64,000 bases of DNA from the NCBI GenBank assembly GCA_030667985.1, contig DAOUUU010000002.1, positions 9,653-73,652 of the forward strand, read 5' to 3'. Of this stretch, positions 47,712 through 57,330 are shown one piece after another. Positions within the stretch are counted from its first letter, which is position 1. Every line of letters begins with the position of its first letter. Below the pieces are notes generated by a model. That model ran no database searches, was not told where the DNA came from, and saw nothing but the letters and a program-made list of their open reading frames with translations. This stretch comes from Candidatus Krumholzibacteriota bacterium. Its GTDB lineage: Bacteria > Krumholzibacteriota > Krumholzibacteriia > Krumholzibacteriales > Krumholzibacteriaceae. The position numbers were made by a program, and so were the translations under genes.

Positions 47712-47720
47712 TAACTCCTA

Positions 47721-50700
47721 TCACCGTAGATAGACGATCTTTCTCGTCTGGCTGAACGACCCGGTCTTTATACGGCAGAAGTATATACCCGATGCGACTG
47801 CTCGATCGGCGTTATCAACGCCTCTCCAGATCGTCTCGTACTGCCCGGCCTCGCGGGTCTTCTGCTCTAGTATCTTGATGAGCCGGCCTGCCGTGTCGTA
47901 GATGCGTATATCGACCGCGCTCTTGTTCTCTATCGAATAGGCGATTGTCGTCGTCCCGTTGAACGGGTTCGGGAAGTTCTGCTCGAGGCGGTTCACATAG
48001 GACGGAACCTCTGGCTCGTCGCCGACCGGATCGTTTCCGCAGTCACCGGACTCGCTCGAGTATCCGCCGCCCAGGCCGAGGGTCGTAACGGCCGATACGC
48101 GGTAGTACCAGCACTCGGTCACCGGATAGTGATCGAACGACTCTGTGCCCACCGGCGCCGTGCCCAGCATCAGCAGTTCATCCGGAACGAAGCCTTCGGT
48201 CGTATCGCCGTAGATGACGTAGTAGGCGAGCGACGGATCGGATATCTCGTCCCATATGACTTGTATGGTCGTGTCGTTCACAGCGGTGGCCGATGAGTTC
48301 TTCACATACTCGAGCGCCGCCATGATAGCGGCGGGACCGCCGAAGGCGCCCTGGTCCGCCCTCGAACCGTCAGGGTCGTTATAGACGATGTCCGGATCGC
48401 CCGTATCTATGCTGCCAGAGTGCACTAGCAGGTGATAGTCGAAGGACGTCGTATCGGAGTAATGGGGATTGCGGTATATGTTGGTCGTATCCGGCACCGG
48501 GCCGCTGTAATCGCCCGGCGAGTTGCCGTAGCAGTTGTTGTAGAGATACGTATGTGTGGACAGGTCGAGTACGGTCACCCCGTACGGCGAGCTGTAGCTG
48601 TAGATGTTGTTGCGCATATCGAGCGCGCCCTGTCCCTGCAGGTACATCCCTCCGCCAGAGATGACCGCTGTGTTGCGATCGAACGTGTTGTTCGTTATCA
48701 CTCCAAAGCAGCTGTCGGGATAGATGCCGCCGCCGATCATGGCGCTGTTTTTCGCAACGATGGTGTTCTCGATCTCGAAGTACGCAGCCTTCCCGTGTAT
48801 GCCTCCGCCGAATGTGCCGCTTGTGTTGTCCGTGATCACGACGCCCGAAAGGATCATCGTGTCCCTCTCGGCACTCACGGCCCCGCCGGAGCTCTCTACG
48901 CTGTTCGAGTACAGGGAGTCGCCGCTCAGGCTGGCGGGACTGAAGCGGGTATAGACGGCTCCGCCATACTTGTAGTCGTAGCAGCCGCTGATCACGTTGT
49001 TTTCCATGGTAAAGCTTGCATGATAGGCATATACGCCCCCGCCGCCCCTCATCCCGATGAATTCGAAGTTGCCGTAGGAGCCGGTGATCCGGTTGCCTGT
49101 GATATCGGCGGTTGCCATGTAGAGGTAGACGCCTCCGCCGACCTGGGCCTTGCAGGCCGTAATCATGTTGTTCTCTATGACCGCGTGGCCGTTGTAAACG
49201 GCGATTGCTCCGCCCCCGCTGAAATCGACGATAGAGGCCGTGCCGCAGTTTACGAAGGTGTTATGCTTGATCAGAGGTGAAGAGTTGTAGGCGAAGATGC
49301 CCCCGCCGTAGTTGCCGAGAACCGGCATGCTAAGACTCGTTCCCGATCCATTGGCGATGGTCATGCCCTCGATCCCGCAGTAGTCGGTGCCGAGGTTCAT
49401 AAACGATACACAGCTGCCGGAGCGCTGAATGCGGGACTCGTACGTCTCCGGGTCACGCACGGTGAATCCGCTGTCCCAGCCCCCCATGATATGCAGCGAG
49501 GCAATAGCTGTGACGGTCTCGCTGTATACGCCCTCTGCGACCATGATCGAGTCGCCCGGGTCGCTGGCGTCGACAGCATCCTGGATGCTGTGTGCGGCCC
49601 AGAACGGGGTCGAATAGGGGTGGATGTCCCCGCCGGTGGGTGATACGAACCGGTAGGGCGGGCCCTTGATGATGAAATCTTCGTCGCTCCAGTCGTATCC
49701 GGCGACCTCGCCGCCGAAGTAGGCGACGACCTTGATGCGGGCCGTCGGAACCGGCAGGTCGGAGACGGTCCAGCTGTACGAGTTTACGCCGAAGAGACCT
49801 GTAGCAATCGTGTAGTCCCAGGTCTCGCCGCTATTGATGCTGAGATAAATGCTCAGCGAGTCGGGCGTCTCGCGCGATGTGGTCCACTGGATCTGCTGAA
49901 AGCTTTCCACATCCCACACTTCGCCACCGTCGGGCGAGTCGACGCGGACCATCACGGTGCTCGGGATATAGCTTATCTGGTAATTGCTGCGGCCGATCCT
50001 GGCGGCGCTGTACTTGATGTATCCGAATCCTTCGATCCCCCAGGTGGGTCCCCAGCTGTTCTTGATGATCCAGGCGCCCTCGCCGGCGCAGGCGAAGTCG
50101 TCCCACCCGACGATCAGAACGCCGTGGTTGTTCGGATCGGCTGTTTCATGTTCGTAGCATCCGCTCGTATAGTCAAAGAAATCGTCCAGCACCGTCATCC
50201 CCGTATAGACGGGCCCTGTGTAGTATACGGAGCTCTTGATCTGGGCGATATCGGTGCTGACCATGCCGTAACTGCTTATCTTCGCGATCGGATCGCACTG
50301 ATCCTCGATGCAGGGCAGGTCGTCGCGCGCCTCGTACGGCATGCAGGTCTCGTCGATGGAGCCGTACCCTTCGAATATTTCATAAACGGCATAGGCCCAG
50401 CCCCCGCCGCAACCGGCACCGTAAGAGTTGCACTCGATCGCCTGCTGCTCGGAGAGATCCTCGATCCGGTTGTCGTAGATCCTGACGTGGGATTCGAGCT
50501 GCCCGACGCCTGCGAAAGCCCAGCAGGAGCCGCAGGCCCCCTGGGCCTTGGCCGGTGTCGTTCCCTCGTTGTCCCGCCAGTCGAACGTAAGGGGGAGCAT
50601 CGATGCTTCCAGCTGGGGAACGGCCGGTTCGAACACCGGGATCTTGTCGAGGAGCTCTTTCGGGACCGGTCTGTATCCAAGGAGCATTTTCTTCTCCTCG

Positions 50701-50918
50701 GGCGACAGGCGGGAAACGCCAGTTGTACCGGCGACCCAGTGGTATCCCTTCTCCTGGATCCACTTGTTCAGATCGGCGATTCTCTGCTCCTCGCTCTTCT
50801 CGGCGCGGAGCGGAGCCGTCGGCAGAATGATAATGGAAACAAATGCGATCAGGGCGATCGCAAGCGAAAACCGGGCGAACAGTCTCATGGGTTGCCTCTC
50901 TTCAAGAATCAATTTCAA
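47721..50918 (-). CDS. secreted multidomain protein: papain-like C1 cysteine peptidase, right-handed parallel beta-helix repeats, T9SS C-terminal sorting domain
   Basis: Signal peptide. C1A active-site region QGACGSCWAFAGVGQLESH with His region NHGVLIVGWDD. Repetitive NxxGGG beta-helix (PbH1-like) units. C-terminal NFPNPFNGTTTIAYSI...IYDTAGRLIKIL...GIYFCRIKTGSFSQTRKIVYLR matches the Por/T9SS CTD (TIGR04183 type). Confidence 0.75.
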   Translation of the reverse strand: MKLILEERQPMRLFARFSLAIALIAFVSIIILPTAPLRAEKSEEQRIADLNKWIQEKGYHWVAGTTGVSRLSPEEKKMLLGYRPVPKELLDKIPVFEPAVPQLEASMLPLTFDWRDNEGTTPAKAQGACGSCWAFAGVGQLESHVRIYDNRIEDLSEQQAIECNSYGAGCGGGWAYAVYEIFEGYGSIDETCMPYEARDDLPCIEDQCDPIAKISSYGMVSTDIAQIKSSVYYTGPVYTGMTVLDDFFDYTSGCYEHETADPNNHGVLIVGWDDFACAGEGAWIIKNSWGPTWGIEGFGYIKYSAARIGRSNYQISYIPSTVMVRVDSPDGGEVWDVESFQQIQWTTSRETPDSLSIYLSINSGETWDYTIATGLFGVNSYSWTVSDLPVPTARIKVVAYFGGEVAGYDWSDEDFIIKGPPYRFVSPTGGDIHPYSTPFWAAHSIQDAVDASDPGDSIMVAEGVYSETVTAIASLHIMGGWDSGFTVRDPETYESRIQRSGSCVSFMNLGTDYCGIEGMTIANGSGTSLSMPVLGNYGGGIFAYNSSPLIKHNTFVNCGTASIVDFSGGGAIAVYNGHAVIENNMITACKAQVGGGVYLYMATADITGNRITGSYGNFEFIGMRGGGGVYAYHASFTMENNVISGCYDYKYGGAVYTRFSPASLSGDSLYSNSVESSGGAVSAERDTMILSGVVITDNTSGTFGGGIHGKAAYFEIENTIVAKNSAMIGGGIYPDSCFGVITNNTFDRNTAVISGGGMYLQGQGALDMRNNIYSYSSPYGVTVLDLSTHTYLYNNCYGNSPGDYSGPVPDTTNIYRNPHYSDTTSFDYHLLVHSGSIDTGDPDIVYNDPDGSRADQGAFGGPAAIMAALEYVKNSSATAVNDTTIQVIWDEISDPSLAYYVIYGDTTEGFVPDELLMLGTAPVGTESFDHYPVTECWYYRVSAVTTLGLGGGYSSESGDCGNDPVGDEPEVPSYVNRLEQNFPNPFNGTTTIAYSIENKSAVDIRIYDTAGRLIKILEQKTREAGQYETIWRGVDNADRAVASGIYFCRIKTGSFSQTRKIVYLR

Positions 50919-51120
50919 TTACGTAGCGAACCATATATAATAAATTAAGATACAAGATTTAAAAAAACAAGCGATTTCGCCTTGCCGTCGAGAATCTCGT
51001 TGGATTTTAATGTGACGGAGCGAAATGCCGCTTTTCGGTACAATCAAAGGTTTTCTCGCGCAACTCCTGACGTATTATAACACAAAATTTACTGTTCTAA
51101 TAGGGAATTATGAATTGGCA

Positions 51121-51150
51121 AAAAAAGGGAGAGAGCTTCTGCTCTCCCCC
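51121..51150 (-). terminator. rho-independent terminator for the minus-strand gene 51180..51980
   Basis: On the plus strand: AAAAAAA then GGGAGAGAGC-ttct-GCTCTCCCCC (9/10-bp stem). On the minus strand the hairpin is followed by a U-run. Confidence 0.45.
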
Positions 51151-51179
51151 TCTATTCCGATGACTTCTCCAGGTCGACC

Positions 51180-51980
51180 CTATTCGAACATGTTCTTGAT
51201 CTGACCCCAGGTCGCCTCTTCATTGGCAAAAGCCTGAGTGGTCGACATATAAACATCGTTCACATCGACGACCAGGCCGTGGGCCAGCCAGTAAGACGAG
51301 CCCGAGGTCGGCCATGGATCGAAGATAAGGAGAAGGTCGTCCGCAAAGTCGGGCGTATCGAGGTCGTCGTATCCCGCAATTACCTTGCAGTGACCCGAAC
51401 CGGTCAGCGTCTCGCTCGGAAGGACTCCCTGATCAGCCGGCCAGCTGCCGATGTCCACCCAGAGGACCGGGTGGTTGTTATCGAGGTACCATCTGACGAT
51501 CTCGTAGGTGATCAACGGATTGGGAGTGCCCAAAGGTCCATGCTGGAAAGGCACCATTCCTACCGAATAGGCGAACGCGTTCTGCACCTCTGGAGGTGTA
51601 GTTCCCACGCCTGCGAACATACCGACACCGCGCGTTTCTAAAATGCCGTTACCCATTATCTCGCCAGTGACCTTCGCATTGTCATAGATGTTGTCTATGT
51701 CAATAAAGGGCGCTGCCTGGCCCATGTAGAGGCCGATCATAGAGACGGCCGCAGGGGCGCAGTAGCCCGAGCAGTAGGGACAGGTGTTTGCGGTAGCGCA
51801 GTTCCAGTCATGCACTCTGTTGGCCGGTAAACCGGGGACACTTGGCAGCGCACACAACATAGGAGTGTCCTTGTGCTGCCAGATCTGAGTTATAACTAGC
51901 GTTATTTGTGCACTATAGACCCCACTGGTGAATGCACATAACAAGCATGCTGCTACAACGATTGATAACAAACGCCGCAT
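51180..51980 (-). CDS. secreted papain-fold cysteine peptidase-like protein (peptidase C39-like, PF13529-type)
   Basis: Signal peptide MRRLLSIVVAACLLCAFTSGVYSA. Candidate catalytic Cys in YCAPAAVSMIGLYMGQ and His in SGHCKVIAGYDD (Cys-His-Asp papain-fold pattern). The ORF track extends to 52043. Confidence 0.4.
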   Translation of the reverse strand: MRRLLSIVVAACLLCAFTSGVYSAQITLVITQIWQHKDTPMLCALPSVPGLPANRVHDWNCATANTCPYCSGYCAPAAVSMIGLYMGQAAPFIDIDNIYDNAKVTGEIMGNGILETRGVGMFAGVGTTPPEVQNAFAYSVGMVPFQHGPLGTPNPLITYEIVRWYLDNNHPVLWVDIGSWPADQGVLPSETLTGSGHCKVIAGYDDLDTPDFADDLLLIFDPWPTSGSSYWLAHGLVVDVNDVYMSTTQAFANEEATWGQIKNMFE

Positions 51981-52072
51981 AGCTATATTCCCCCTTGCAT
52001 ATCGATTTCCGCGGACAAGTTCCTCGTGCCGCAGAGTTTGCACCTTTTTATAGGTGGTTAAAGGAGTAACAC

Positions 52073-52100
52073 TTGAGCTGTGCGGTCAGTGTACTATAAT
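52073..52100 (+). promoter_or_regulatory. sigma-70-like promoter TTGAGC-N16-TATAAT about 220 nt upstream of the NifU-like gene
   Basis: TTGAGC at 52073-52078 and TATAAT at 52095-52100, within a 260-bp AT-rich intergenic region. Confidence 0.35.
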
Positions 52101-52319
52101 CCATCCGGAAAGTCAATATTAAAATAAGGTAAAACACCTATGTTTCGACGTTTAAGACGGTTGAAACCTATCACAGTCGAAGCACTCTGTGTTTTCAGGT
52201 ATCTCGGAATAACACAGCGATGTCTAATCAATGGGCAGGATCCTTCTTGGCAATTCATATCCAGTGTTATATATTTACCGGCAATATATTTATGAGAAAC
52301 CAGCATGGAGGTGTATATC

Positions 52320-52544
52320 ATGAGAGAAGAAGTCGAAGCTGCATTGAACGAGATACGTCCCGGCCTGCAGGCCGACGGCGGTGATGTGGAACTCGTCGAT
52401 ATAGAGGATGGTGTCGTAAAGGTACGCCTGAAGGGCGCGTGCGCCGGCTGTCCGATGTCCCAGATGACTCTCACCTTCGGTATCGAGAGAGTTCTGAAGG
52501 AACGGGTCCCCGAGGTGAAGAAGGTCGAGGCGGTTCCACTTTAG
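52320..52544 (+). CDS. NifU-like (Nfu-type) Fe-S cluster assembly domain protein
   Basis: 74 aa. IRPGLQADGGDVELVDIEDGVVKVRLKGACAGCPMSQMTLTFGIERVLKERVPEV contains the CxxC motif of the NifU C-terminal domain. RBS GGAGGTG 6 nt upstream of ATG 52320; the ORF track starts at 52305. Confidence 0.7.
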   Translation: MREEVEAALNEIRPGLQADGGDVELVDIEDGVVKVRLKGACAGCPMSQMTLTFGIERVLKERVPEVKKVEAVPL

Positions 52545-52660
52545 TCCGCTGCAGCATAATGAGTTGAAAGGGGGACGAGCTCCCCCCTTTTTTGTCATAT
52601 TTCTTGCATGCCACTCCCTTTGAAGGCGGATGAAGTAGGATAGCTGCATGGGAGGAGTGC

Positions 52661-53164
52661 GTGTTGCGATACTTTAGATCGATTTTGCGACTCCCCTTCT
52701 CGAAAAGGGGCAAGGCGAAGCGTTCCATTTGGCGCAAGCTGGGCGTTGCCGGATTCACTCTGCTGGAACTCTTTATCGTTATAGAGATCATCGGTTTCCT
52801 TGCCACAATCGTAATGTCGAATTTTATCAGGTCAAAAAAAGCGGCCCAGGTTGCCGTTGTAGTTCAGAATACGAAGAACATACAGATAGCTCTCACGTCC
52901 TATTTCGCCATGACGGGGAATTATCCAGCCAGCCTGAATACGATATGGCTCCAGTTTTATCAAGGCCGGGTCGTCGGGGCCTACGATTATACTACGGGAC
53001 TTGGAGACCAGTCCGGATGGACTTTTCTGGAGAGCGCCGATCCGAATATTCAGTTCGCGGGGCTCGTGGGAGACTCCTACGCGATAAAGAGTACGGATAA
53101 CCTGCTGCCATACGCTCGGCTTGTATACGGGGACGTGGCTACCTCGGCCAAGATCATCCACTAG
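52661..53164 (+). CDS. prepilin-type N-terminal cleavage/methylation domain protein (type IV pilin / T2SS pseudopilin-like), orphan
   Basis: The class III signal G/FTLLELFIVIEIIGFLATIV matches the G/FTLIELMIVVAIIGILAAIA consensus. The leader before the Gly is unusually long, so the true start may be internal. GTG or TTG start. Confidence 0.55.
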   Translation: MLRYFRSILRLPFSKRGKAKRSIWRKLGVAGFTLLELFIVIEIIGFLATIVMSNFIRSKKAAQVAVVVQNTKNIQIALTSYFAMTGNYPASLNTIWLQFYQGRVVGAYDYTTGLGDQSGWTFLESADPNIQFAGLVGDSYAIKSTDNLLPYARLVYGDVATSAKIIH

Positions 53165-53338
53165 CGCCGCCGCTCGAGCGTGTATGATACCAGGTGGGTA
53201 TGTAACTGTTTGCGAGGATCGTTCGGCGCATGGACGGCCGTTGCGTTTGATACATAGTTTACCTTTGAATATAGGGGCGTCCGCCCCTATATTTATTTCA
53301 TTAAAATTCAAGCGAGCACCTCTCCGATTGGAGCGCCA

Positions 53339-54538
53339 ATGAGAAGGACCGCATTATTCATTCTCGGTACGCTCATATCAACGACTTTCGTTGTTCCGGT
53401 CATTTCCACCGAAAATCAAGTCCTGGAGGATGTGATGAAGCTTCACCGCAAGGCGATCGTTTTCGACGCTCACTGCGATACCGCCATGAGGCTCATAGGC
53501 AAGAGGGCCATCGACCTCGGGATCGGTTAGGAGCGTGGGCACATGGATCTGCCCAGGATGCGGGAGGGGGGGCTCGATGCTCAGATCTTCGCATGCTGGC
53601 CCAATCCCAGGCTCGAGAGGGATGTCTATGTCAAGCAGACGCTCCAGATGATTGACGCGCTCTGGGAGCAGTCGGAGCTCCATGCGGATGAGCTCGAGAT
53701 TGCGCTCGTGGGGAAAGAGGTCCGGCGGATCGTCGAATCGGGCAGGGTGGCGGGTATCATAGGTATCGAGGGCGGGCATGCGATCATGGCCGATCTAGGC
53801 GTTCTGCGCGATTACCACCGTCTCGGCGTCAGGTGCATGACCCTGACCTGGATGAACACGAACGAGTGGGCGGACTCCTCGGATGATTCGACCAAATGGG
53901 GCGGCCTGAATGACCTAGGCCGGCAGGTCGTGCGTGAGATGGACCGGCTCGGTATGATCATCGACTGCTCTCACGTCTCCGACAGCACACTCTTCGACGT
54001 CTTCGAGGTGACAGAGAACCCCGTTCTGATATCCCACTCCTGCATGCGTGCCCTCTGCGATATCCCTAGGAATGTCAGCGACGACGAGCTCAGGGCCCTG
54101 AAGAAAAACGGCGGGGTCATCTGCATCAACTACTTCCCCGGATTCCTCGATAAGAAGTTCAACGATGCGGTGACCGGGATCTGGAAGGAGTTCAGGGCGA
54201 GCGCGGACAGCCTCGCCGGCGTTTACAGCGGCGACAGGGAAAAGGCGTGGGATGAGCTCAGGCCGGAATACCGGGAGCGCATGGACGCTCTCGAGAATCC
54301 ATCGGTTACAGTGCTCATCGACCACATAGATCATGCCGTAAAGATCGTTGGAATAGACCACGTGGGGCTCGGCTCCGACTTCGACGGTATCTTGATAACG
54401 CCCGTGGGGCTGGATGATGTGACCGATCTGCCTGTTATAACAGCAGAGCTGGAACGGCGCGGCTACTCCGAGAAGGAGATCGAGAAGATACTCGGGAAAA
54501 ATCTACTGAGGCTCGTGGAGCGGGTCATGCGGCAATAA
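53339..54538 (+). pseudogene. membrane dipeptidase (peptidase M19 family) interrupted by an in-frame TAG at 53528-53530
   Basis: ORFs 53339..53530 and 53543..54538 are in the same frame. Read through, they give signal peptide, VFDAHCDTAMRL (Zn ligands), DLGIG, the stop, then ERGHMDLPRMREGGLDAQIFACW ... GIEGGHAI ... DHIDHAVKIVGIDHVGLGSDFDG. This is a contiguous M19 dipeptidase. TAG is used as a genuine stop elsewhere (for example the ALDH gene). Confidence 0.6.
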
Positions 54539-54612
54539 AAGCGGGGACCCACACGAGCCCCCGCTCATATTCCGGATAATAAATGGCTTTGTCGCCGCGG
54601 CGCCGGCCCGTA

Positions 54613-57075
54613 TCAGTAGACCGACACGATCTCATCAAACGGATCGCCGCCTCCTCCGAGGATCGAGCCGAGCGACCGGCCGACCGCCCCCGTGATACCC
54701 CCCTCGTCGAGATGCCAGAATAATCCAGGGAATGCCTTGTAGTAGACGGTGCGGTAGTCATCCTCGATACCCGCCATCGAAGCGGCATGCTCGACCGCGT
54801 CGCTGAGGCCGCCGAGCTTGTCGATTAGCCGTAACTCGAGTGCCTGCGTGCCGAAGTAGACCCTTCCCCGGGCGATCCTCTTCACCTCGTCCATCTCGAT
54901 CTTCCTGCTCGCCGAGACATGCTCGAGGAAATAGTCGTACATCCCGTCGATGTATCCGCCCAGCAGCTCCATCTCTTCATCTGTGAGGCGGCGGCTGGCC
55001 GACATTGCGTCGGAATGCTCGCCCGCCTTGAAGACCTCGTTGGTGATCCCGACCTTTTCGTATAGCCGTTCGATCACCGGTTTTGCAAATACTACCCCTA
55101 TGCTGCCGGTGAGCGTGAAGGGATCGGCGAAGATGGCGTCCCCGTACATGCTTATCCAGTAACCGCCCGAGCCGGCGATGTTGCCCATCGAGATTACGAC
55201 CGGGATGCCCTTCTCCTCCTGTATGCGCCTTAGCTCTGTCAGGATATCGTTGCTCGCGACGGCGGAGCCCCCGCCCGAGTCGACCCTGAAAACGATCGCT
55301 TTGACACAAGGGTTCTTCGCCGCTGCCTCGAGTTGCTTAACGACCGTCTCGGGGCCCATGGTCCTGCCGCCTCTTAAAAGATCACGTTTGCTCTTGCCCG
55401 AGCGTATCGAGCCGTACGCGCCGACGATGGCGACCGTTGGAGGCGGTGTCCACCGCTCCTCTCTGTAAGTGCGGCGGGCGATCGATGTGGTTCTTAACTT
55501 ATCAGGCCTCTCTTCTCCGGCGAGGCGCCCGAGTTCCTCCTTCGCCTCCTTCCCCCGTCCGGTGAGGTCGATCAGGCCCTCCTCTATCGCCTCCTTAGCG
55601 TTGAACATCCTTCCGTCGGCGAGTGAGAGCACCTTCTCGACACTCATCCCCCTACCCTCGGCTATTCCCTCGACGAGCAGGCGGTAGGATTCGTCGACGA
55701 GCGACTGCAGCTCTTCCGCCTGGACAGCTGTCGTTGTATCGGTATAGGGCGTGTGGAAGCTCGATTTGTATTCACCCGCCGTGTAGAAGTCCCAGTCTAT
55801 CCCGAGCTTGGCAAAGAGCCGCTTCATCCGGTTCAGCTCCAGAGAGACGCCGATCATCCCGGCGACGCTCTCTTCCGGCATCACTATGCGATCGGCGGCG
55901 GACGCGAGGTAGAGCTCCGGAGCCCACGCGGTCTCTTTGAGCAGCGCGACGACAGGCTTGCCGGCGGCCCGGACCTTTTCGACGGCCTTTCTGATCTCAT
56001 TCAGGTTGGCGCTGACCGGTCCGATGAACGATCCCTTGATCGGCTTGACCATGATAATGAGGCCCTTGATGTCCGGATCCTTCCTGACGTGCTCTAGCTC
56101 TCGGAGCACCCTGTGCAGATCTTTTCCCGTATCACCCATCAGCGCAAATCCGCCCCCCTCGTCGAGGTAGGTGCCCCCGATCACGATCCCGGCGTAGCGC
56201 TCGGGAGTGAAGATGGATTCCTTGTAGGAGTCGGCCGTCTCGACCAGTACGCCGTACCGGCCGTAGTCGTACTCGCCGCCGATGCGCGAACGGGCCATGT
56301 ATCGCGTCGCCTTCCTGTCGAGCGCGAATATGATCCCGGCGGTGAATTCCTCCCTGGGGTCGGGCGAGGCCGTCGAGTAGTCGCGGGCGTAGGAGCCGTA
56401 GAGCTCGATTCCCGGGACCACCATGAACCTGCCTCCGAAGAGCCAGCCCGGCTTGGTCTTATCGATGAAGTTGCCCTGTCCCGAGAGTGTGATCCGTTCG
56501 GTCAGGGGACGAAGGGAGAGGCCTCCGGTAAAGCTCTCCTCGAGGCGGCCGCCGGCAAAGCGCGGATTGTTCACGTTTCTGAAGAGGCCGCCGATCGAAA
56601 CGTACCGGTGGGGCCTGCCGAGGAATCCAATATCGACGGCGAAGGGCGAGCGGTCGGGTGCCGGTATGTCGGAATGGTGCCAGTGGAGCGAGGTCCCCGC
56701 GTAAAGGCCGGGAAGGAGTTTTGTCCCGACGCCCAGCAGGTATGTGTGTGATGTGTAGACGCCCGTATTCTGGTAGAGGTAACCGATTCCTCCGTTTCTT
56801 CCGGCGAGCGCCAGAGGTATCTCGGCTATACGGTTGTACTGGTAGATCCCGCCGAAGAGTTTGGAATTGTCCTTCCGGACGCCTAATCCTGCGGGGTTGA
56901 CGAAGAGCGCCGCCGCGTCGTCCGCGTCGGTTACGAAACGGAAGCTGTAGATGTCGCTCTGGAAGGGCGAGACCGCCGGTCCCAGAGAGTCCGCAGCCGC
57001 CGCGGCTTCTGCGGGGTTGAATGGAGCAGATAGAACACAGATTACGAACGCTAGAAAGATTGATGCGCGTTTCAC
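54613..57075 (-). CDS. sppA: signal peptide peptidase SppA, 67K type (two S49 domains) with an extra ~250-aa N-terminal beta-rich domain
   Basis: Tandem S49/ClpP-fold domains (IIMVKPIKGSFIGPVSANLNEIRKAVEKVRAAGKPVVALL; IVFRVDSGGGSAVASNDILTELRRIQEEKGIPVVISMGNIAGSGGYWISM). The N-terminal 250 aa show a signal peptide plus an alternating-strand pattern (FRFVTDADDAAALFVNPAGLG...GLSLRPLTERITLSGQGNF) resembling an OM beta-barrel or DUF. Confidence 0.8.
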   Translation of the reverse strand: MKRASIFLAFVICVLSAPFNPAEAAAAADSLGPAVSPFQSDIYSFRFVTDADDAAALFVNPAGLGVRKDNSKLFGGIYQYNRIAEIPLALAGRNGGIGYLYQNTGVYTSHTYLLGVGTKLLPGLYAGTSLHWHHSDIPAPDRSPFAVDIGFLGRPHRYVSIGGLFRNVNNPRFAGGRLEESFTGGLSLRPLTERITLSGQGNFIDKTKPGWLFGGRFMVVPGIELYGSYARDYSTASPDPREEFTAGIIFALDRKATRYMARSRIGGEYDYGRYGVLVETADSYKESIFTPERYAGIVIGGTYLDEGGGFALMGDTGKDLHRVLRELEHVRKDPDIKGLIIMVKPIKGSFIGPVSANLNEIRKAVEKVRAAGKPVVALLKETAWAPELYLASAADRIVMPEESVAGMIGVSLELNRMKRLFAKLGIDWDFYTAGEYKSSFHTPYTDTTTAVQAEELQSLVDESYRLLVEGIAEGRGMSVEKVLSLADGRMFNAKEAIEEGLIDLTGRGKEAKEELGRLAGEERPDKLRTTSIARRTYREERWTPPPTVAIVGAYGSIRSGKSKRDLLRGGRTMGPETVVKQLEAAAKNPCVKAIVFRVDSGGGSAVASNDILTELRRIQEEKGIPVVISMGNIAGSGGYWISMYGDAIFADPFTLTGSIGVVFAKPVIERLYEKVGITNEVFKAGEHSDAMSASRRLTDEEMELLGGYIDGMYDYFLEHVSASRKIEMDEVKRIARGRVYFGTQALELRLIDKLGGLSDAVEHAASMAGIEDDYRTVYYKAFPGLFWHLDEGGITGAVGRSLGSILGGGGDPFDEIVSVY

Positions 57076-57330
57076 GGAGTACCCCCTATGGTTTAGTCGA
57101 ATACAGGAACAATAACAATATCATTACGGAGAATCCAGCGCCAGTGTTTCGAGCGTTCGAAAAAGAGCTGAACCCGGCCCGGGGAGCTGGCCGCATTATG
57201 ATATGCAGCCGCGAATGATTCTCGATCCAACCGGTTTTTCGCTTCCCGGTGGAAAGCAGAGGTTGTTTGTATTACATTTAATATGGTGCCGGCGCCCCCG
57301 GTAAGGATATACTCTGCGGAAGGAGACCAG

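Noticed and set aside
48432-49280. 282-aa plus-strand ORF opposite the T9SS cargo gene, and others at 50124..50948 and 44858..45496
   Set aside because: They are antisense to well-supported genes and have no motifs. I treated the pairs 5155..5721 / 5794..6444 (opposite metY) and 7231..8230 (opposite hom/ALDH) the same way.
53528-53530. The in-frame TAG as pyrrolysine or genome-wide amber recoding
   Set aside because: TAG terminates other well-supported genes in this window (for example the aldehyde dehydrogenase at 9170-9172). A pseudogene or sequence error is far more likely than recoding.
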